DNA of 64,000 bases from Vicinamibacterales bacterium (lineage in GTDB: Bacteria; Acidobacteriota; Vicinamibacteria; Vicinamibacterales; UBA8438), in contig CAXXTG010000281.1 in assembly GCA_963666855.2 (NCBI GenBank), positions 10,035 to 74,034 of the forward strand, read 5' to 3'. Of this stretch, positions 45,701 through 55,550 are shown piece after piece; the stretch's first letter is position 1, and each line of letters opens with the position of its first letter. The position numbers were made by a program, and so were the translations under genes. The notes under the pieces are model-generated. The model made no database searches, had not been told where the DNA came from, and saw only the letters and a list, made by a program, of their open reading frames with translations.

Positions 45701-47851
45701 TCAGTTCGCCAGCGGGTGGGGCCGAATCTGGAACTTCACCAGGTTGCCCGGCTCCACCGGTCCCCCCTCGACGTGCCACGCGGCGTCGGCGCCGTAGGTG
45801 GCGTAGACCCCGCGTCCCTTCCAGCCGCCGTCGGGGTCGTCGATGCGCCCGTCGAGCCCCCGGCTGTGGAAGCCCTGGGGATAGGGCACCCGCAGGGTCA
45901 CCCACTCCCCGGTTTCGGGCAGCAGCGCGAGCAGCGAGTCCGAGCTCGAGCCGTTGGCGATGGGGACGTTCTCGCCCAGCCCCAGGGTGTCGAACTGGTC
46001 GACCCAGTTGTAGTAGTGGAAGTCGGTGCCGATGTCGGTGCCCTCGAAGTTGGGGCCGGGCACCTTGTAGAAGCTCCACCCCTCGTCGCAGTGGCGGCCG
46101 TCGCGCACCTCGGGGCCGCTGAAGACGGTGCACTTCGAGCGGTCGAAGCTGGCGAAGTGGCTGCTGCCGGCGAGCGCCGCCCAGAGCACGCCGTTCCGGT
46201 CGACGTCGAGGCCGCGGGTGCGGTAGCCGTGCTCGGCCGGCACCACGTAGAGCTCGGCCACGCACGTCTCCGGCGGGTTGTCGCCGCGGTCGAGGCGCAC
46301 GAGGTCGCCGGGATAACGGTCGGAGACGATCCACACCGCGTCGTCGACGGGGTTGGTGATGACGCCGTAGGCGCCGGCGATGATGCGGGTGTCGAGCGCC
46401 GGGTCGTAGGCCGCCTCCGCGCCCCCGCGGGCGGGCTCGTTCCACGGCTTGGTGATGACCCCGTCGCCGTTGGTGTCGAGCACCGTGGGGCACCACCCCT
46501 GCGACGCGACTTCGTCGCCGGTCTCGTCGTACAGCTTCGTGTCGAGCCAGCCGATGACCTGCCCGCCCCCGCTGAAGTAGAGCGTGTCGTTGTCGTCCTC
46601 GGCGAACTGCAGGTGGTGGGTGCCGAAGCACGTGTGGATGAGCTCGAACTCCTCCGTCTCGGGCTCGTAGTAGCCGGTGTGCCGCCCGGCGCGGTCGACC
46701 GGGAAGTACTGCGCGAAGCGGTTGTCGGAGCCCTCGCGGCACCACGCGGGGTTGTCGATGGACTGCACCCGGGTCGTCAGCCACACGCGCCCCTCGGCGT
46801 CGAGCATCGGGTTGTGGGGGTTGGCGGGGTCGTTCCACACCGCCCGCTCGCCGAAGTCGCGCCACGCCTTGAAGCCCTCGGTCCGGAACATCGACGGCAC
46901 CGTCGACCGGTCCACCCGCAGCGGGATCTTCAGCATGCGCGAGGCGTGCCGGTTGGGGTCGGTGATCAGGAGGAAGTCGTTGCCGATGTCGACGCCGTAG
47001 ATGGGGCCGTTGGCGTTGACCGTCGGGTTGCGCTTGTCGGTGGCGATCTCGTCGTGGACGAAGGCGACGTTGTCGCCCCAGTTCCACTGCGTCAGCACCA
47101 CGTTGCGCTCGATGCCGGACGGCCGCGGCGGGGCCGGGGGCACCGCGCCGGCGGCGATGCGGTCGCTCCAGTCGGCGACCATCTCGAGGCCGCGGCTCCG
47201 GCCGAACTGGGTGATGAAGCTGGCCATCAGCGACCCGCGCTGGCCGCGCTGCGTCCGGTCGTCCCAGGCCGCGATGCTCGAGTCGAAGTCGTCGAGGTCG
47301 GGCACCACCCGGGTGCGCTCGTTGCCGACCTGGTGGCAGCGCTGGCAGCCCTTCAGCACGTTGATCCACTCGTCCTGGCTCTGCAGCCGCTCGTTGATGC
47401 CGTTGCCGTCCTCGCCGGTGCCCGGGAACTCGTGGGCGTCGGGCAGGTCGATGAGGGCGAGCCAGTAGTTCGAGGGGTAGACCTGCGCCGCCTCCTGCGG
47501 GGTGGCCGCGACCGTCGCCCGCAGGTCGAGCTCGGCCCCCGGCTCGGCCTCGACCGGCGTCGAGTCGACGAGGCCGTAGCCCCGCACCCACACGTCGTAG
47601 GTGGCGGCGGGCAGCTCGGGCAGCAGGAACCGGCCGTCGTCGCCGGTGACGACGATCTTGCGGAAGACCGTCTCGAGGTCGTCGGTCTCGGCGATCACCC
47701 ACACGCCGGCCTCGGCCCCGTCGGCGCTGGTGACGGCGCCGGTGATGACCCCGTCGTTGGCCTGGGCCGAAAGGGCGTCGTCGTGCATCACGCTCGCCGC
47801 GACGGCGGCGAGGGCCGCGGCGGCGGCGAGCGCGCAGATCCTTCGCATCAT
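45701..47851 (-). CDS. Secreted CarboxypepD_reg-like domain protein with a CxxCH motif and a large beta-rich domain
   Basis: A signal peptide is followed by GVITGAVTSADGAEAGVWVIAE...GRFLLPELPAATYDVWV (carboxypeptidase regulatory-like fold). A heme-binding-type CQRCH motif is also present. Confidence 0.6.
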   Translation of the reverse strand: MMRRICALAAAAALAAVAASVMHDDALSAQANDGVITGAVTSADGAEAGVWVIAETDDLETVFRKIVVTGDDGRFLLPELPAATYDVWVRGYGLVDSTPVEAEPGAELDLRATVAATPQEAAQVYPSNYWLALIDLPDAHEFPGTGEDGNGINERLQSQDEWINVLKGCQRCHQVGNERTRVVPDLDDFDSSIAAWDDRTQRGQRGSLMASFITQFGRSRGLEMVADWSDRIAAGAVPPAPPRPSGIERNVVLTQWNWGDNVAFVHDEIATDKRNPTVNANGPIYGVDIGNDFLLITDPNRHASRMLKIPLRVDRSTVPSMFRTEGFKAWRDFGERAVWNDPANPHNPMLDAEGRVWLTTRVQSIDNPAWCREGSDNRFAQYFPVDRAGRHTGYYEPETEEFELIHTCFGTHHLQFAEDDNDTLYFSGGGQVIGWLDTKLYDETGDEVASQGWCPTVLDTNGDGVITKPWNEPARGGAEAAYDPALDTRIIAGAYGVITNPVDDAVWIVSDRYPGDLVRLDRGDNPPETCVAELYVVPAEHGYRTRGLDVDRNGVLWAALAGSSHFASFDRSKCTVFSGPEVRDGRHCDEGWSFYKVPGPNFEGTDIGTDFHYYNWVDQFDTLGLGENVPIANGSSSDSLLALLPETGEWVTLRVPYPQGFHSRGLDGRIDDPDGGWKGRGVYATYGADAAWHVEGGPVEPGNLVKFQIRPHPLAN

Positions 47852-47861
47852 GTCGTTTCTC

Positions 47862-49442
47862 CTAGTTCGACCCGGCCCCGAGCTCCTGGAGCAGGGCCAC
47901 CGTGTCGGGCCACGCCTTCTCGGTGTTGGCGACGAAGACCCCCCCGGCGATCATCAGCGGGGTCCACCCGAGGGCGTTCGGGGCGTCGATGTCCGCCCCC
48001 TGCTTCAGCAAGTACTCGACGATCAGGTTCGAGCCCATCATCGCCGCGCCGTGCAGGGCGGTGCTGCCGCCCCAGCGCATGTCGCCGCGGTCCCGCTGCG
48101 CGTCCAGCTCCAGGAGGTTGAGCGGGTGCCGCAGCAGCAGGTCGCGGCCGTCGCCGACGAGCGGGGTGTCCCCGAAGTCGGTCGCCGCGTGGATGTCGTT
48201 GCCCAGTTCGATGGCTAGGCGGACCGCGTCCAGCCGGGTCTGCTCCGGCGTTCCGTTCAAGGGGCCGGGGCTCTCGCCGTCCCAGAAGCCCACGCCGGCC
48301 GCCGCCATCAGCGGCGTGATGCCCTGGCCGGTCGGGGTGAGGGGGTCCGCCCCGTGCCGCACGAGCAGCCGCATCAGGTCGACGTCGGCGTGCTTGGCCG
48401 CGAGGTAGAACGGGGTCGCCCCCACGAAGCTCAGGAAGTTGCGGCCCACTGAGATGCCCGGCGGAGGCCTGACGATGCCGAGGTCGACCTCGAACGGGAT
48501 CTCGCGCCACTCGATGCGCACATTCGTGTTCGCGCCCGCCTGGAGGAGAGCGCGGGCCAGATCGAGGCTGTCGACGTCGCCGGTGGGCAGCGGCGGACGT
48601 CCCGACCCCGGGCGCCGTATCCACGCCAGCGCGTGCAGCACCGAGCCGCGGGGGTCGGGGCGGTTGGGGTCGGCCCCGAGCTCGAGCAGCCGCCCCGCCA
48701 GCTCGTAGTGCGCGTTGACGACGGCGAGGGCCAGGGGCGTGGTGCCGTCCCGGGCGGCGCCGTGGATGTCGGCGCCCGCCGCCAGCAGGGCCTCGACCGC
48801 GCCGATGTGGCCCCCGCGCACCGCGAACAGCAGCGGCGTGAGCCGGCCGTTCGACCGCGCCTCGACATCCGCGCCGGCCGCGATCAGCGCGAGGACCGCG
48901 TCCGCGTGCCCTTCGGCCGCCGCCCACATCAGGGCGTTCTGGCCGCGCCACGACTCGGCGGCGTGCACATCCGCGCCGGCTTCGAGCAGCAGACGCACGA
49001 CGTCGGGCCGCCCCGTCCGCGCCGCCACCATCAGCGGCGTGTCGCCGCCGGGGCTCGGGGCCTCCGGGTCCGCGCCGGCCTGGAGCAGCGCCCCCACGAG
49101 CGGCGCGGTGCCGTTGGCGGCGGCGAGGGCGAGCGGCGTCACCCCGTAGCGGTTCGCGGCGTCCACGTGCGCGCCGGCGGCGATGAGCCGGCGGGCCGCC
49201 GGGCGGTCGTCCCGCCGCACCGCCCAGTGCAGGGCGGTCGTGCCGTCCGGTTCGGCGGCGTTGACGTCGGCACCCGCCTCGAGGAGGCCGGCCACCGTCT
49301 CGACGGCTCCCCGTCGTGCGGCGTCCGTCAGGGCCTGGCCGGTCTGCTGCCCGCCCGCCGGTGCGGCCATCCCGATCGAGAGAAGGGCCGCAACAAGCGC
49401 GGTCGCCGGCGGCGATGGTTCATTGCGGTCGCGCATGTTCAT
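47862..49442 (-). CDS. Secreted ankyrin-repeat protein
   Basis: ATG 49442 is followed by a signal peptide. There are about 10 ANK-like units (G.TALHWAV..., G.TPL..AA..G......LL.AGAD). Confidence 0.8.
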   Translation of the reverse strand: MNMRDRNEPSPPATALVAALLSIGMAAPAGGQQTGQALTDAARRGAVETVAGLLEAGADVNAAEPDGTTALHWAVRRDDRPAARRLIAAGAHVDAANRYGVTPLALAAANGTAPLVGALLQAGADPEAPSPGGDTPLMVAARTGRPDVVRLLLEAGADVHAAESWRGQNALMWAAAEGHADAVLALIAAGADVEARSNGRLTPLLFAVRGGHIGAVEALLAAGADIHGAARDGTTPLALAVVNAHYELAGRLLELGADPNRPDPRGSVLHALAWIRRPGSGRPPLPTGDVDSLDLARALLQAGANTNVRIEWREIPFEVDLGIVRPPPGISVGRNFLSFVGATPFYLAAKHADVDLMRLLVRHGADPLTPTGQGITPLMAAAGVGFWDGESPGPLNGTPEQTRLDAVRLAIELGNDIHAATDFGDTPLVGDGRDLLLRHPLNLLELDAQRDRGDMRWGGSTALHGAAMMGSNLIVEYLLKQGADIDAPNALGWTPLMIAGGVFVANTEKAWPDTVALLQELGAGSN

Positions 49443-49768
49443 CGATTCACCCTCGGCCGAAGTCGGATCCCGGTCGCCGGTCGCGCACTTTGGTGGTCCG
49501 GTCCGCTCGCGGGCCTCGGCCCGGTCCCATTTGCGCCCAGTGTACACGCACACTATACCGAATCCGGCCCGTTGCCGGCCGCCCCCGCCGCCGGCTGCCG
49601 CCGTGTCGCCCGGCCCGTGGCATATCGTTGCGGTCGTCGCCCGTGCTTCTCGTCCCGCGCACGTCCGGGTCTACGAGGCCCGCTATCCGACCACCGGCTG
49701 GTCCATTGCACACGACGTGCCCATGTTCGAGGCCATGACCTGATGGTCGCCCATGCGCCGGTCGGCGG

Positions 49769-49840
49769 CCGGCTCGTCGCAACTGCCGGCTCGTCGCAAC
49801 TGCCGGCTCGCTTCATGCATATGGCTCGCTTCATGCATAT
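49769..49840. promoter_or_regulatory. Tandem 17-mer x2 (ccggctcgtcgcaactg) followed by tandem 18-mer x2 (ggctcgcttcatgcatat) just upstream of the carbonic anhydrase gene
   Basis: The direct repeats end 9 nt before the ATG at 49850. They contain ATGCAT palindromes and a TATATT -10-like hexamer. Confidence 0.4.
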
Positions 49841-49849
49841 ATTGGAGCG

Positions 49850-50671
49850 ATGACCAAGGAGACTCCCGCAACGCCCCGGCCCGGAGCCGGCTCGCCACCG
49901 CGTCCCGCGTCGCCTCGAGGAACCGAACGGAAACCGAAGTTGTCGGGGCGCCCGGCCACCGGGTCGCCCGCGTCCCCGTCGGCGGGGGCTGCGCGGGTCG
50001 CGAAGTCCTGGGGCTACGGGCCGCACGACGGCCCGGCCCGCTGGGCGGGGCTCGACCCCGCGTTCGCCGCCTGCGGCGTGGGCCGGGAGCAGTCGCCCAT
50101 CGACCTGACCGGCGGCCGGCGCGCCGACCTCGCCCCCGTCGAGTTCGACTACGGGCGGACGCGCGTCGCCGTCGAGAACACGGGGCGCACGATCCAGGTG
50201 AACCCGGACCCCGGCAGCGGCATCGAGCTCGACGGGGCGCGCTACGCGCTGCAGCAGTTCCACTTCCACCACGGCAGCGAGCACACGGTGGACGGCGTGC
50301 GGCTGCCCCTCGAGATGCACCTCGTGCACCGGAGCGACCGCGGATCGCTGGTGGTGGTCGGGGTCCTGTACCGGGTCGGCGCGGCGAACGCGGCGCTCGC
50401 CCCGGTCTGGGCGCGGCTGCCGGCCGAGCCCGCGGCCTCGGCGGAGGTGCCCGGCCGTCTCGACCTGTCGGCGCTCCTGCCCGCCCGCCGCACGACCTGG
50501 CGTTACCGGGGGTCGCTGACCACCCCGCCCTGCACCGAGGGCGTGGCCTGGGTCGTCCTGACCGAGCCCCTCGCGCTGTCGGCGGCGCAGATCGATGCCT
50601 TCGCCGCGCTGTATCCGAACAACCGCCGGCCCGTGCAGCCGCTGGGGGAGCGGATCCTCCGGCGTGGCTGA
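49850..50671 (+). CDS. Alpha-class carbonic anhydrase
   Basis: Motifs QSPIDL, QFHFHHGSEH, EMHLVH and YRGSLTTPPC are present. The N-terminal 50 aa are Pro/Ser/Gly-rich with no obvious signal peptide. Confidence 0.85.
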   Translation: MTKETPATPRPGAGSPPRPASPRGTERKPKLSGRPATGSPASPSAGAARVAKSWGYGPHDGPARWAGLDPAFAACGVGREQSPIDLTGGRRADLAPVEFDYGRTRVAVENTGRTIQVNPDPGSGIELDGARYALQQFHFHHGSEHTVDGVRLPLEMHLVHRSDRGSLVVVGVLYRVGAANAALAPVWARLPAEPAASAEVPGRLDLSALLPARRTTWRYRGSLTTPPCTEGVAWVVLTEPLALSAAQIDAFAALYPNNRRPVQPLGERILRRG

Positions 50672-50829
50672 TCGGGCTATGGCGCGCCGGAGGCGCTCCG
50701 GCGCCATGCGGGGGCTCGGGGGCGGCCGCGCGGGACGCCGCCGGAGTCGGCCTCCTCCGCTTCAACCCGAGCCACGCCGTCTCCCCGGGTTCCGGCGGGC
50801 AGCCCGGGTTGTCGGTGTCGTATCATGGA

Positions 50830-51138
50830 ATGGAGTCACCGATGAGTTTCGACACGCTGCGGGCCGTGGAGACCTTGGAAGACGTCGGGTTCCAGGCACG
50901 TCAGGCGAAAGCCATCGTCGCGACGATGAACCAGGCATTCGGCGGGCAGATGGCGACGAAGGCGGACATCGCCGAGTTGAGGACGGCGACGAAGGCGGAC
51001 ATCGCCGCGCTGAAGGCGTCGACGAAGACCGACGTCGCCGGGTTGAAGACGGACATCGCGGAGCTGAAGGCCATCCTCACGTGGCGCATCGTGCTCGCGA
51101 TGGGGGCCTTCGCCGCGCTCGTGCGGTTCCTGCCCTGA
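50830..51138 (+). CDS. DUF1640-like coiled-coil protein with a C-terminal TM
   Basis: The sequence is FDTLRAVETLEDVGFQARQAKAIVATMNQAF...KADIAELRTATKADIAALKA...LTWRIVLAMGAFAALV. Confidence 0.6.
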   Translation: MESPMSFDTLRAVETLEDVGFQARQAKAIVATMNQAFGGQMATKADIAELRTATKADIAALKASTKTDVAGLKTDIAELKAILTWRIVLAMGAFAALVRFLP

Positions 51139-51305
51139 TTCCCCAACCCGGCCGACTCGAACAAGCTACTCCGCTTGCCGCGCCGACAGCGGCTCGTAGA
51201 ACCTGTCGAGCCTCGAGTTGAGGCGGCAGTCGCGCCATCGAGCCTCGCGTCAGCGCCGTGGCGGCGTTGACAACCCCGGGAATTGCGCGTATTAAAGGGG
51301 ATTCA

Positions 51306-53747
51306 ATGGTCAAAAGCTGGACAGGTGCGCTCGCCGTCGCCGCACTGGCTTGGGGTTGGCTCGATCAACCCGCCGTGGCCGGTCAGCCGGCCGGTCGTAC
51401 CGCGGAGGCCGAGGCCGCTTCAGCGCACGGGTCGGGCCTCTCCGCGGGTGACGTGACCGCGGTGCTCGACCGCTACTGCGTGACCTGCCACAACGCGCGG
51501 GTCGTCGACGGCGCAGGGGCCGCGCCCTCGCCGCTGGTGTCGCAGCTCCGGGCCGTCGGGCTGTCCCTCGACCGTCTGGACGCGTCGAACGTGGCCGAGC
51601 ACGGCGCGGCCTGGGAGGCGGTGGTCCGCAAGCTGCGCGGCGGGTCGATGCCGCCCATCGGCCGGCCCCGGCCCGACGAGGCGACGGTGGCCGGCGTCGC
51701 GTCGTGGCTCGAGGCGTCGCTCGACCGCGCCGCCGCGGCCGCGCCCGACCCCGGCCGCCGGCCGGCCCTGCACCGGCTGAGCCGCACCGAGTACGCCAAC
51801 GCCGTCCGCGACCTGCTCGGGCTCGACGACCTGCCGAAGGAGCTCGACATCGAGGTGATGCTGCCGGCCGACAACGCCACCAGCGGGTTCGACAACCTCG
51901 CCGAGCTGCTGTTCGTGTCGCCGACCCTGATGGAGCGGTACCTCGCCGCGGCCCGCAAGATCAGCCGGCTCGCCATCGGCGACCCCACGATGCTGCCCAT
52001 CGTCGACACCTACCAGCTCGACCGCGACCTGGTGCAGGACGGGCACCTCGAGGGGCTGCCCCTGGGGACCCGCGGCGGCACGCGGGTGCGGAGCCACCTG
52101 CCGCTCGACGGCGAGTACCTGATCACGGTGCAGTTCACCCGCGCCGCCCGCGAGCCCCACGACGTCGAGGTGAGCGTGGACGGCCGGCGGGTCGAGCTGT
52201 TCACGGTCGGCGAGAACCCGCCCGAGCGGCTCGCCACCGGCGTCTTCGCCTTCGACGCCGACCCCGACGTGCAGGTGCGGGTGCCCCTGCGGGCCGGCCC
52301 CCGCGAGGTCGCGGTCGCGTTCCTGCCCAAGAGCGGGGCGGTGCCCGAGGGCCTGGTGCGGTCGTACCGCTCGCGCAGCCAACAGCCGTCCATCGCCAGC
52401 GTCATCGTCAGCGGGCCCTACGGCGCCGACGGGGCCGGCGACACCCCCAGCCGCGAGCGCATCCTCATCTGCCGGCCCCGCACCGGCGCCCCCGAGGCGG
52501 AGCGGACCGCGTGCGCGCGTTCCATCCTGTGGACGCTGGCGCGCCGCGCCTACCGGCGTCCCGTGACCGAGGGCGACCTCGACCGGCTGCTGCCGTTCTA
52601 CGAGCAGGGCCGGGGCGAGGGCGGTTTCGAGCGCGGCATCCAGCGGGCCGTCGAGCGGCTGCTCGTCAGCCCCGAGTTCCTGTTCCGGATCGAGCGCGCC
52701 CCGGACGACGTCGCCGACGGCGAGGCGTACCCGGTCAGCGACCTCGAGCTCGCGTCGCGCCTGTCGTTCTTCCTGTGGAGCAGCATTCCCGACGACGAGC
52801 TGCTCGACGCCGCTATCCGCGGCGAGCTGCGCGAGCCCGCGGAGCTCGACCGCCAGGTGCGCCGCATGCTCGCCGACCCGCGGTCGGCCGCCCTCGTGAA
52901 CAACTTCGCCGAGCAGTGGCTCTTCCTCCGCGACGTCGACGCGAAGGAGCCCGACGCGGGGTTCTTCCCCGGCTTCGACGAGAACCTGCGGCTCGCGTTC
53001 CGGCGCGAGACCGGGCTGTTCGTCGACAGCGTGCTGCGCGGGGACCACAGCGTCCTCGACCTGCTGACCGCGCGGCACACGTTCGTGAACGAGCGGCTCG
53101 CCCGGCACTACGGGATACCCCACGTCTACGGCAGCCACTTCCGGCGGGTGGAGCTCGACGCCCCGGAGCGGCAGGGGCTGCTCGGGCAGGGGAGCATCCT
53201 CACCCTGACCTCCTACGCCACCCGCACGTCGCCGGTGCTGCGCGGAAAGTGGATCCTCGAGAACCTGCTGGCTTCGCCCCCGCCGCCGCCCCCGCCGGAC
53301 ATCCCGGCGCTGGAGGAGACGACCGAGAGCGGCGAGCCGCGGTCGATGAGAGAGGCGATGGAGCAGCACCGCGCCAACCCCGCGTGCGCGAGCTGCCACG
53401 CCCAGATGGACCCCCTCGGGTTCGCCCTCGAGAACTTCGACGCGGTCGGGCGCTGGCGCACCCTGGGCGAGTCGAACGACCCCATCGACGCGAGCGGCGT
53501 CCTCCCCGACGGCCGCCGCTTCGAGGGGCCGGCCGGCCTGCGGGCGGCGCTGCTGCACGCGCCCGACCAGTTCGTGCACACCGTGACCGAGAAGCTCCTG
53601 ATGTACGCGCTCGGGCGCCCCGTCGAGCACTTCGACGCGCCGACCATCCGCGCCATCGTCCGGGACGCCGAGCATGACGGCTACCGCTTCGCGTCCATCG
53701 TCCTCGGCATCGTCAACAGCACGCCTTTCCAACTGAGAAAGTCATGA
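51306..53747 (+). CDS. DUF1592/DUF1585/DUF1587/DUF1588/DUF1595 (PSCyt-type) protein with a CxxCH motif
   Basis: A signal peptide and YCVTCHN are present. Motifs RLSFFLWSSIPDDELL, NFAEQWL and CASCHAQMDPLGFALENFD match the planctomycete-cytochrome-like family. Confidence 0.8.
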   Translation: MVKSWTGALAVAALAWGWLDQPAVAGQPAGRTAEAEAASAHGSGLSAGDVTAVLDRYCVTCHNARVVDGAGAAPSPLVSQLRAVGLSLDRLDASNVAEHGAAWEAVVRKLRGGSMPPIGRPRPDEATVAGVASWLEASLDRAAAAAPDPGRRPALHRLSRTEYANAVRDLLGLDDLPKELDIEVMLPADNATSGFDNLAELLFVSPTLMERYLAAARKISRLAIGDPTMLPIVDTYQLDRDLVQDGHLEGLPLGTRGGTRVRSHLPLDGEYLITVQFTRAAREPHDVEVSVDGRRVELFTVGENPPERLATGVFAFDADPDVQVRVPLRAGPREVAVAFLPKSGAVPEGLVRSYRSRSQQPSIASVIVSGPYGADGAGDTPSRERILICRPRTGAPEAERTACARSILWTLARRAYRRPVTEGDLDRLLPFYEQGRGEGGFERGIQRAVERLLVSPEFLFRIERAPDDVADGEAYPVSDLELASRLSFFLWSSIPDDELLDAAIRGELREPAELDRQVRRMLADPRSAALVNNFAEQWLFLRDVDAKEPDAGFFPGFDENLRLAFRRETGLFVDSVLRGDHSVLDLLTARHTFVNERLARHYGIPHVYGSHFRRVELDAPERQGLLGQGSILTLTSYATRTSPVLRGKWILENLLASPPPPPPPDIPALEETTESGEPRSMREAMEQHRANPACASCHAQMDPLGFALENFDAVGRWRTLGESNDPIDASGVLPDGRRFEGPAGLRAALLHAPDQFVHTVTEKLLMYALGRPVEHFDAPTIRAIVRDAEHDGYRFASIVLGIVNSTPFQLRKS

Positions 53748-55106
53748 CCATTACGAAGCTCGCGCTGCCCCGTCGGACGTTTCTCCGCGGCATGGGGACC
53801 GCCGTGGCCCTGCCGCTCCTCGACGCCATGGTGCCGGCGGCGACCGCGCTCGCGAACACCGCGGCGCGTCCGGCCACCCGGCTGGGCTTCGTCTACATCC
53901 CCAACGGGGTGATCCAGGAGCAGTTCGTGCCCGCCGCCACCGGGGCCGGGTTCGCCCTGTCGCCGACCCTCAGCCCCCTCGCGCCGGTGCACGACCGGCT
54001 GCTCGTGCTGAGCGGCCTCGCCCACCGGCAGGCCGACTCGTTCGGCGACGGCAACGGCGACCACCCGCGGGCGACCGCGGCGTGGCTGAGCGGCGTGCAC
54101 GCCTGGGAGCGGCGCGGGCGCATCGGCCCCACCGCCATCAAGCTCGGCACCACCGCCGACCAGCTCGCCGCGCGCGAGCTCGGCCAGGCGACCCCGCTGC
54201 CGTCGCTCGAGCTGGTCCTCGAGAAGCCGACCGCCATCTCGTGCGACTCGGGCGACTGCTTCTACTCGAACACCATCTCGTGGCGCGACCCGACGACGCC
54301 GCTCGAGATGGAGCCGCACCCCCGCGTGGTCTTCGAGCGGCTCTTCGGCGACGGCGGCAGCGCCGCCGACCGCCGCGCCCAGGCGCGGCAGGCCGGCAGC
54401 ATCCTCGATTCGGTGACGGAAGAGGCGCTGAGCCTCGAGCGCACCCTCGGGCCGTCCGACCGGAACAAGCTCAGCGAGTACCTCGACTCGGTGCGCGACC
54501 TCGAACAGCGCATCGGCCGCGCCGAGGCCCGGGACGACCAGGCCGAGATCGATCTGCCCGACCGGCCCATCGACATCCCCGAGGACTTCGAGGAGTACGC
54601 CAACCTGATGTTCGACCTGACGGCCCTCGCCTGGCAGGCCGACGTCACCCGCGTCACCACCCTGATGATGGCGCGCGAGACCAGCCCCCGCACCTTCCCC
54701 CAGATCGGGGTGCCCGACCAGCACCACACCGTGTCGCACCACCGGGACGACCCCGACTACATGGCCCGGAAGGCGAAGATCGACCTCTACCACGTGTCGC
54801 TGCTCAGCCGCTTCCTCCAGAAGCTGCGGGCGACGCCCGGACGGCGACGGCAACTTGCTCGACCACTCGATGACCGTCTACGGCGGCGGCATCGGCAACG
54901 GCAACCTCCACGAGCACACCAACCTGCCGTGCCTCGTCGCCGGCGGCGGAGGCGGCAAGCTGAAGGGCGGCCGTCATCTCGCCTACCCCGAAGACACCCC
55001 GATGACCAACCTCCTGCTGACGGTCCTCGACAAGGCGGGGGTCCCGGCCGAGAAGCTGGGCGACAGCACGGGGCTGCTGAACACCCGGCCCCTGGCGGGG
55101 GTGTAG
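53744..55106 (+). CDS. DUF1552 protein (Tat-like signal); frame broken by 1 nt at 54838-54840
   Basis: The sequence MTITKLALPRRTFLRGMGTAVALPLLDAM...VSHH... continues as DGDGNLLDHSMTVYGGGIGNGNLHEHTNLPCLVAGGG in the next frame. Confidence 0.7.
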
Positions 55107-55175
55107 GGCGGCGCGGGCTGGCGGCGCGTTCCGGCCCGTGGCCACGCGGGTCCACGGCCGATCGGAGAGTACTAC

Positions 55176-55520
55176 TTGAGCCGTGTGGTCGAGACCGATC
55201 TCCTTCGTCGAGTCACGTCGCGATTGAGGCTCAACTTGAGCCCCGCGGCGCGAAGCGACTGGACGTTCGTCCGCAAGTGGGCATTGCTGCTCGTTCCCGC
55301 GTGGGGTCTCGTAGCCTGGGCGGGGTGGCGCCATCCCGACGGCCTCTACGATTCCACGATGGGCGTCCTGTGGCTCGGCTACTGCGTAGTCATGTTTCCG
55401 ATCGTGTTCGGCAAGCGGCCGGACAAATACCGTCCCCCGATCCGCAGAGCGGCGCTCATCTACTTGATGGGCATGGTGCTCTATATCCTCATGCACGGGG
55501 TCAGGAGTTCAATCCAATAG
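55176..55520 (+). CDS. Hypothetical membrane protein
   Basis: A 114-aa ORF with 3 TM segments and lower GC. No family is recognised. Confidence 0.4.
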   Translation: MSRVVETDLLRRVTSRLRLNLSPAARSDWTFVRKWALLLVPAWGLVAWAGWRHPDGLYDSTMGVLWLGYCVVMFPIVFGKRPDKYRPPIRRAALIYLMGMVLYILMHGVRSSIQ

Positions 55521-55550
55521 ACTCACGTTGGCAGCAAAGTCCGGATCCTG

